This document shows, piece by piece, positions 51,198 to 55,636 of a stretch of 55,636 bases of DNA. The number at the start of each line of letters is the position of its first letter. Position 1 is the first letter of the stretch. The DNA comes from Chiloscyllium plagiosum. Lineage: Eukaryota. The translations under genes and the position numbers were made by a program. Under the pieces are notes generated by a model. It was not told the origin of the DNA and ran no database searches. It worked only from the letters and a program-made list of their open reading frames with translations. The stretch spans positions 14,514,191 through 14,569,826 of the forward strand of contig NC_057753.1 in assembly GCF_004010195.1 (NCBI RefSeq), given 5' to 3'.

Positions 51198-52699
51198 GAA
51201 AGAGGTTTCTCCTCATCTCACTCCTCGCTCTTTTGCTGAAAATGTTGGAATTGCAATCCCTCATCTCCCCCACCCAACCCAGGTTACTGATGACAAAACG
51301 TCTCCCATTTCGGTTTGACGTAACTCATGCAGATATGTTTCACTGAACGGGTGATAAAGAAAATTAACTCGTCAGCCCGCAGTCCACGTTTTAGTGGATT
51401 CTTTTTCTCTCCCACCCACTCTCGACTAAAAGTGGAGAAACCCAAAGGCATTAGGCTTCCCCAAGGACGAAGTGTGGTTACATTTTCTGAAACGAAACCA
51501 AGTGAGCAAGAGCTTACTCAAAGCATGTGGGAGAGTCACTGAGGAGCGGTTGCCACATCATCTCGTGTGGTTGGAAAGAGTTGTTTTATGGGTGACACCT
51601 GGTCTCACTGTAACAGCAGAAAAGTGAGTAGCTGACTCTGAGACCCAGAGGATCCTTTCAACACTGTCCTCTCACTCTGACATTTTCCTGAAGTAAACTT
51701 GTTAGTTAGGCATGCCCTGGAACACACAGGAAGTTAAGTATTACCAAAGGCATATATTTCTTGGGGGAGAGTGTTGAGAAATTAAGGCAGTGGGGCTTTG
51801 ACTAGCCACTGAAAATGTGGGGATCAGAATGTCTGAAACGTGCCCACACTGCCAGGGGAACTTCTGCTCTCTCTTGGCTGTGTTCAGAGGGGGGACAGAG
51901 ATGAGTCAGTGACTGCAAAGTGCAGCAGAAAAATAGACCCACAGTGACCCAGTGCAGCCTCTCCGTTCTGCACCGCACCACCTTTCCAAGCAATATTGTC
52001 CCAGCTCCCCTTAACCAGCCTCCACCAGGACCTGGGTCAGTTCACTCAGAGGAGGGCTCCTGCCCTGGACGGTCACCACTGCATGGGATGTTCTTGAAAA
52101 GGAGACAGTCAGACAGTCGGCCATTGTAGGTTTGTTCACGGCAGCCATTTCATGTTATGAGCGCTCTGAAATTGTCTTTACAGACGGGGGGGGGATGGCA
52201 AAAAAGGATGGGAGAGCTTGAGAAGCCTGTCTATTCGGTCTAACAGAACAGTGCGAGACAGGTCTTACTGCGGCTAGAATAAAGGGAGCAAAACTTAAAT
52301 CATCACTTCCAAATTTCTGTTCAGTAATTGCCGATGAAATCCGCCTCCCAGGTGGCTTATTCTTAATCCAAACAATTGGCATGAAGTGAAAGAGTTTTCT
52401 GCTCATCTCACTCCTCGGTCTGTGACTGAAAATCTTGAAATTGTGGAACCCGCCCCCAGATGAGAGAAAATATCTCTCATTGTCCCCTTGCAGTTGGACA
52501 TAACCGGGTCACATCACATACTTGGATGGGTGATAAGGAAAAGTAACTGGCGCCAACCAACTGTCCAGTTTTTAATGGATTATTTGTTTTTTTCAGTTAA
52601 AACTGGAGAAACCCATAGGCTCCCCCCGAGTAGGGAGAGTGGTTGCATCTTCCGTGACCTGACTGTGTGAGCAAGTTCCTTCTCGAAATGCAATGCAAT

Positions 52700-53390
52700 G
52701 CCATAAAGTCATACAGCATGGAAACAGACCCTTCAGTCCAACTATCGTCCCATGCCGACCAGGGTAAATTAATCTAGTCCCGTTTCCCAGTACGTAACCC
52801 ATATCCCTGTTCAAGTCGCCATCCAGATGCCTTTTAAATGTTGCAAATGTTGCTTCCTCTGGCAGCTCATTCCATACACGCACCACCCTCTGTGTGAAAA
52901 AGTTGCCCCTCAGATTGCTTTCCCTTCTCACCCTTAAGCCTATGCCCCTCTAGTTCTGGGTTCCCCCACCCTGGGGAAAGACCTTATTAATTCACCCTAT
53001 CCATGCCCCTCACGATTTTATAAACGTCTGTAAGGTCACCCGTCAGAGCACCGACGCTCCAGGGCAAACAGTCCCAGTCTATCCATCCTCTCCCTATAGC
53101 TCAAACACTCCAACCCTGGCGTGATCCTGGTGCATCTTTTCCGAACCCTTTCGAGTTTTGCAACATCCTTCCTGCAACAGGGAGACCGGAATTGAACACA
53201 GCATTCCAGAAGTGGCCGAAGTAATGTCCTATTTGGCCGCAATTTCACCTCCCAACTCCTGTACTCAATGCCCTGACCGATGAAGGAACCGAAAAGGATG
53301 CAGGGCTTTTGCCCGATATTCGATTTTCCTGCTCCTTGGATGCTGCCTGACCTGCTGTGTTATTCCAGCACCACTCTAATCTTGATGATA
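52700..53390 (-). mobile_element. CR1 LINE 3' fragment followed by a Penelope-like fragment
   Basis: Minus-strand LRPLLECCVQFRSP...LERVRKR. 53298-53385 matches the Penelope-like terminus. Confidence 0.8.
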
Positions 53391-54039
53391 AAGGGATGGT
53401 CTCGCTGTAACAGCCAGGGTTTGAGCAAAGTTCTGCCTGTGAGACCCCCGGGGTCTTTTCAACGTTGTTGTTTCATTCTAACATCAAACTGAAAGACTTA
53501 ACTTGGTACACATGCAAAGGCACAGATAAATATGTAGGGGTGGGGAGAGTGAGTAGGGCAGTGGCATTTAGTTTGTCCACTGAAAATTTGGGGCTCAGCA
53601 ATTCAGCAGTACTCCCACACTCAAATGGGGTATTTCAGCTCTCTCTCAGCTGGGTTTCACAGGTGGCAAAAATATGTCAGTGGCATCGAGATACAGCAGA
53701 AAAATAGACCCACAGTGATCCCGGGGCAGTCTCTCTATACTGCATTGTGCCACCTTGCCAAGTGATATTGTCTCAGCTCCCCTTAACCAGTCTCCACCAG
53801 GATCTGGGTAGATTAGATTAGATTAGATTCCCTACAGTATGGAAGCAGACTAAATGCCACTGCCCTACTCCCTCTCCCCACCCCTACAAACTGTCTCCCA
53901 CTGCCCCATTTCAGTTGGGCGTAACCAGGCCAGATGTGTTTCGCATCGTGTACTCTGAAGGGTGACAAAGAAAATTAATTCACCCACCCACCATCCACTT
54001 TTTAATGGGTTCTTTGTTTCCTCCATTAAAGCCAAGACG

Positions 54040-54230
54040 TGGAGCTGCTGGTGTTGGACGGGGGGGTGGATCAAGTTAAAAATCTCACAACATCAGGTCA
54101 CAGTACAACAGGTTTATTTGGAAACACTAGCTTTCGGAGCGTCGCTCCCTCATCAGGTAGCTAGTGAGCTGTGCTCCGAAAGCTAATACTGCCAAATAAA
54201 CTTTTTGGACTGTAACCTGGTGCTGTGTGT
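54040..54230. mobile_element. Short Penelope-like element with inverted halves and a hammerhead motif
   Basis: 54085-54140 is inverted against 54172-54228. Minus strand reads TACCTGATGAGGGAGCGACGCTCCGAAAGCTAGTG. Confidence 0.65.
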
Positions 54231-54384
54231 GTGTTTTTTTTTTAAGTTTCTCAATTAAAATCAGAGAAACTCCCAGGCACTATCCTTCCCGAGGAGACTC
54301 AGCGGTTACATTTTCTGCGACCCCCATACCCCCCCATCCCCCCCGATTGTGTGAGCAGGTTTGTTCATGAAATGCAATGGAAAG

Positions 54385-54930
54385 TCATACTGCATGGAAG
54401 CAGACCCTTCCGTCCAACTCATCCGTGCCGACCCAGATACCCCTAACCTTATCTATTTCCTGTTTGGCCAGCACTTGGCCCATATCCCTCTGAACCCTTC
54501 CCATTAATGTCCCATCCAGGTGCCTTTTAAATGTTACAATTGTACCAGCCTCCACCACTTCCTCTGGCAGCTCGTTCCATACACGGGCCACCCTCTGTGT
54601 GAAAAAGGTCCCTTTTAAATCTTTTCGCCTCTCATCTTAAACCTATGCCCTCTAGCTCCCAGGGAAAATACTTTGCCTATTTATCTTATCCATGCCCCTC
54701 ACTATTTTATAAATCTCAATGAGTTCTCCCCTCAGCCTCCAACGCTCCAGGCAAAATGGCCCCAGCCTGGAGCTCAAAGCTGTCCACTCTCTTTAGCACC
54801 CTGATAAAGGTCTCTCCCCAGTTTGACCGAATCCTTGCTGGAGTTGGGTGATCGGAATTGTCTCAGGGTATCTCCAGAGATAAATTGAAAAGTTAGGCCA
54901 AGCGGATGAGGTCTTGGTGCAGGATGAGGA
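54385..54930 (-). mobile_element. CR1 LINE 3' fragment
   Basis: Minus-strand WNELPEEVVEAGTIVTFKRHLD. Confidence 0.8.
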
Positions 54931-55104
54931 AATCCTTGACATAGGCTCATGTTGGTGAGGTATTGCTGTGGAGAGTCTTTGGTCTGACTGTAGGTCTCTG
55001 ACAGGCAGTGTCCTGCAGGGACCAACGCGGGGAACCCCTGTGGTTGGGAGTAAATGGACAGGGAAGAGAGATTTGATAACTGCCCCAACTTCTTGGTCTT
55101 TCAG

Positions 55105-55410
55105 AGGAGAAAGATGCCACGGGGCCGAAACTGTCGGTCTTCTACCCGCCAGTCGCGTCCGAACAGGGTCTTGTACCTGCGGCAGTCTGTCTGGCCGATG
55201 ACTTCTTCCCCAAGACCATCCAGCTGTCGCTGAAGGTGGAAGGGCACAACCAAACCACCGTGGCCAGACCCGCCATCGTGACAGACGATGGCTACTACAG
55301 GACGTCCAACTTCCAGCCCGTTCCCAGTGGTCAGAGCAACGTCATCATCTGCGAGGCAAAGCACGAGGGCAGTCACTTCTTCGTCAACGTCACCACAGAG
55401 AATGAGGGCG
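55105..55410 (+). CDS. TRDC: TCR delta constant region exon 1 (Ig C1-set domain); later exons lie outside the window
   Basis: TTTCAG acceptor and GTAAGT donor, both phase 1, 306 nt. (K)EKDATGPKLSVFYPP...AAVCLADDFFPKTIQLSLKV...DGYYRTSNF...VIICEAKHEG. Two Cys, no C-strand Trp (as in TRDC), NQT and NVT sequons. Downstream of a 12/23 D and a J cluster. Confidence 0.9.
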
Positions 55411-55439
55411 GTAAGTGGCAGGGGAGGGGTTTGGAGACA

Positions 55440-55636
55440 TCGCCCCCAGCTCCACACACTCCCCATGTTACCCACTCCACCTCCAGCTCTCCCCCTTCCC
55501 TTATTCCCCATCCCATTGCCTCCCCATCCCCTCACCCTTGTTCCCCATCCCTTCACCCTCCATGCCCTCCCCTTGTTCCCCCATCCACTCCATTCCCTTC
55601 ACCCCCCTCCCCTTGTGTCCCATCCCCTCACCCCTA
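55440..55636. repeat. C-rich degenerate about 21-bp repeat
   Basis: CCCCATCCCCTCACCCTTGTT-like units; G-rich on the minus strand. Confidence 0.75.

Larger units (their letters stand above)
51200..54385. repeat. Duplicated/triplicated unique block in the J-C intron (about 51200-52035, 52390-53810, partial 53890-54385)
   Basis: Shared GCAGAAAAATAGACCCACAGTGA, GCTCCCCTTAACCAG.CTCCACCAGGA.CTGGGT, GGAGAAACCC and GGTTACATTTTCTG. Confidence 0.75.

Noticed and set aside
51460-51506. J-like ending AAACCAA/GTGAG
   Set aside because: No FGXG or RSS, and paralogous copies lack the pattern.
55101-55556. 151-aa minus-strand ORF
   Set aside because: Antisense shadow of the C-delta exon plus low-complexity sequence.

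Overview
Vertebrate DNA, almost certainly from a cartilaginous fish (shark). The attribution is inferred from the receptor sequences and from the HE1/V-SINE, CR1 and Penelope-like repeats. The window covers the 3' part of a germline T-cell receptor alpha/delta locus. In order: two intact V genes inverted on the minus strand (leader, V exon, 23/22-RSS); one very divergent V on the plus strand; an approximately 18.6 kb block of three decayed tandem/nested Gmr1-like (PR-INT-RT-RH) LTR retrotransposons; one clear D-delta (12-RSS/23-RSS); about 13-14 J-delta segments (10 apparently usable, 3 defective, 1 relic); and the first exon of C-delta at 55105-55410. The remainder is LINE, SINE and Penelope-derived repeats, mini- and microsatellites, local duplications and one assembly gap. 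Most ORFs in the supplied track are spurious. No convincing wholly new system was found. The most notable features are the one-D/many-J architecture with active J-cassette duplication, J segments starting with in-frame stops, the odd D-proximal V with two candidate leaders, and hammerhead-ribozyme motifs in Penelope-like inserts, one of which destroyed a J.
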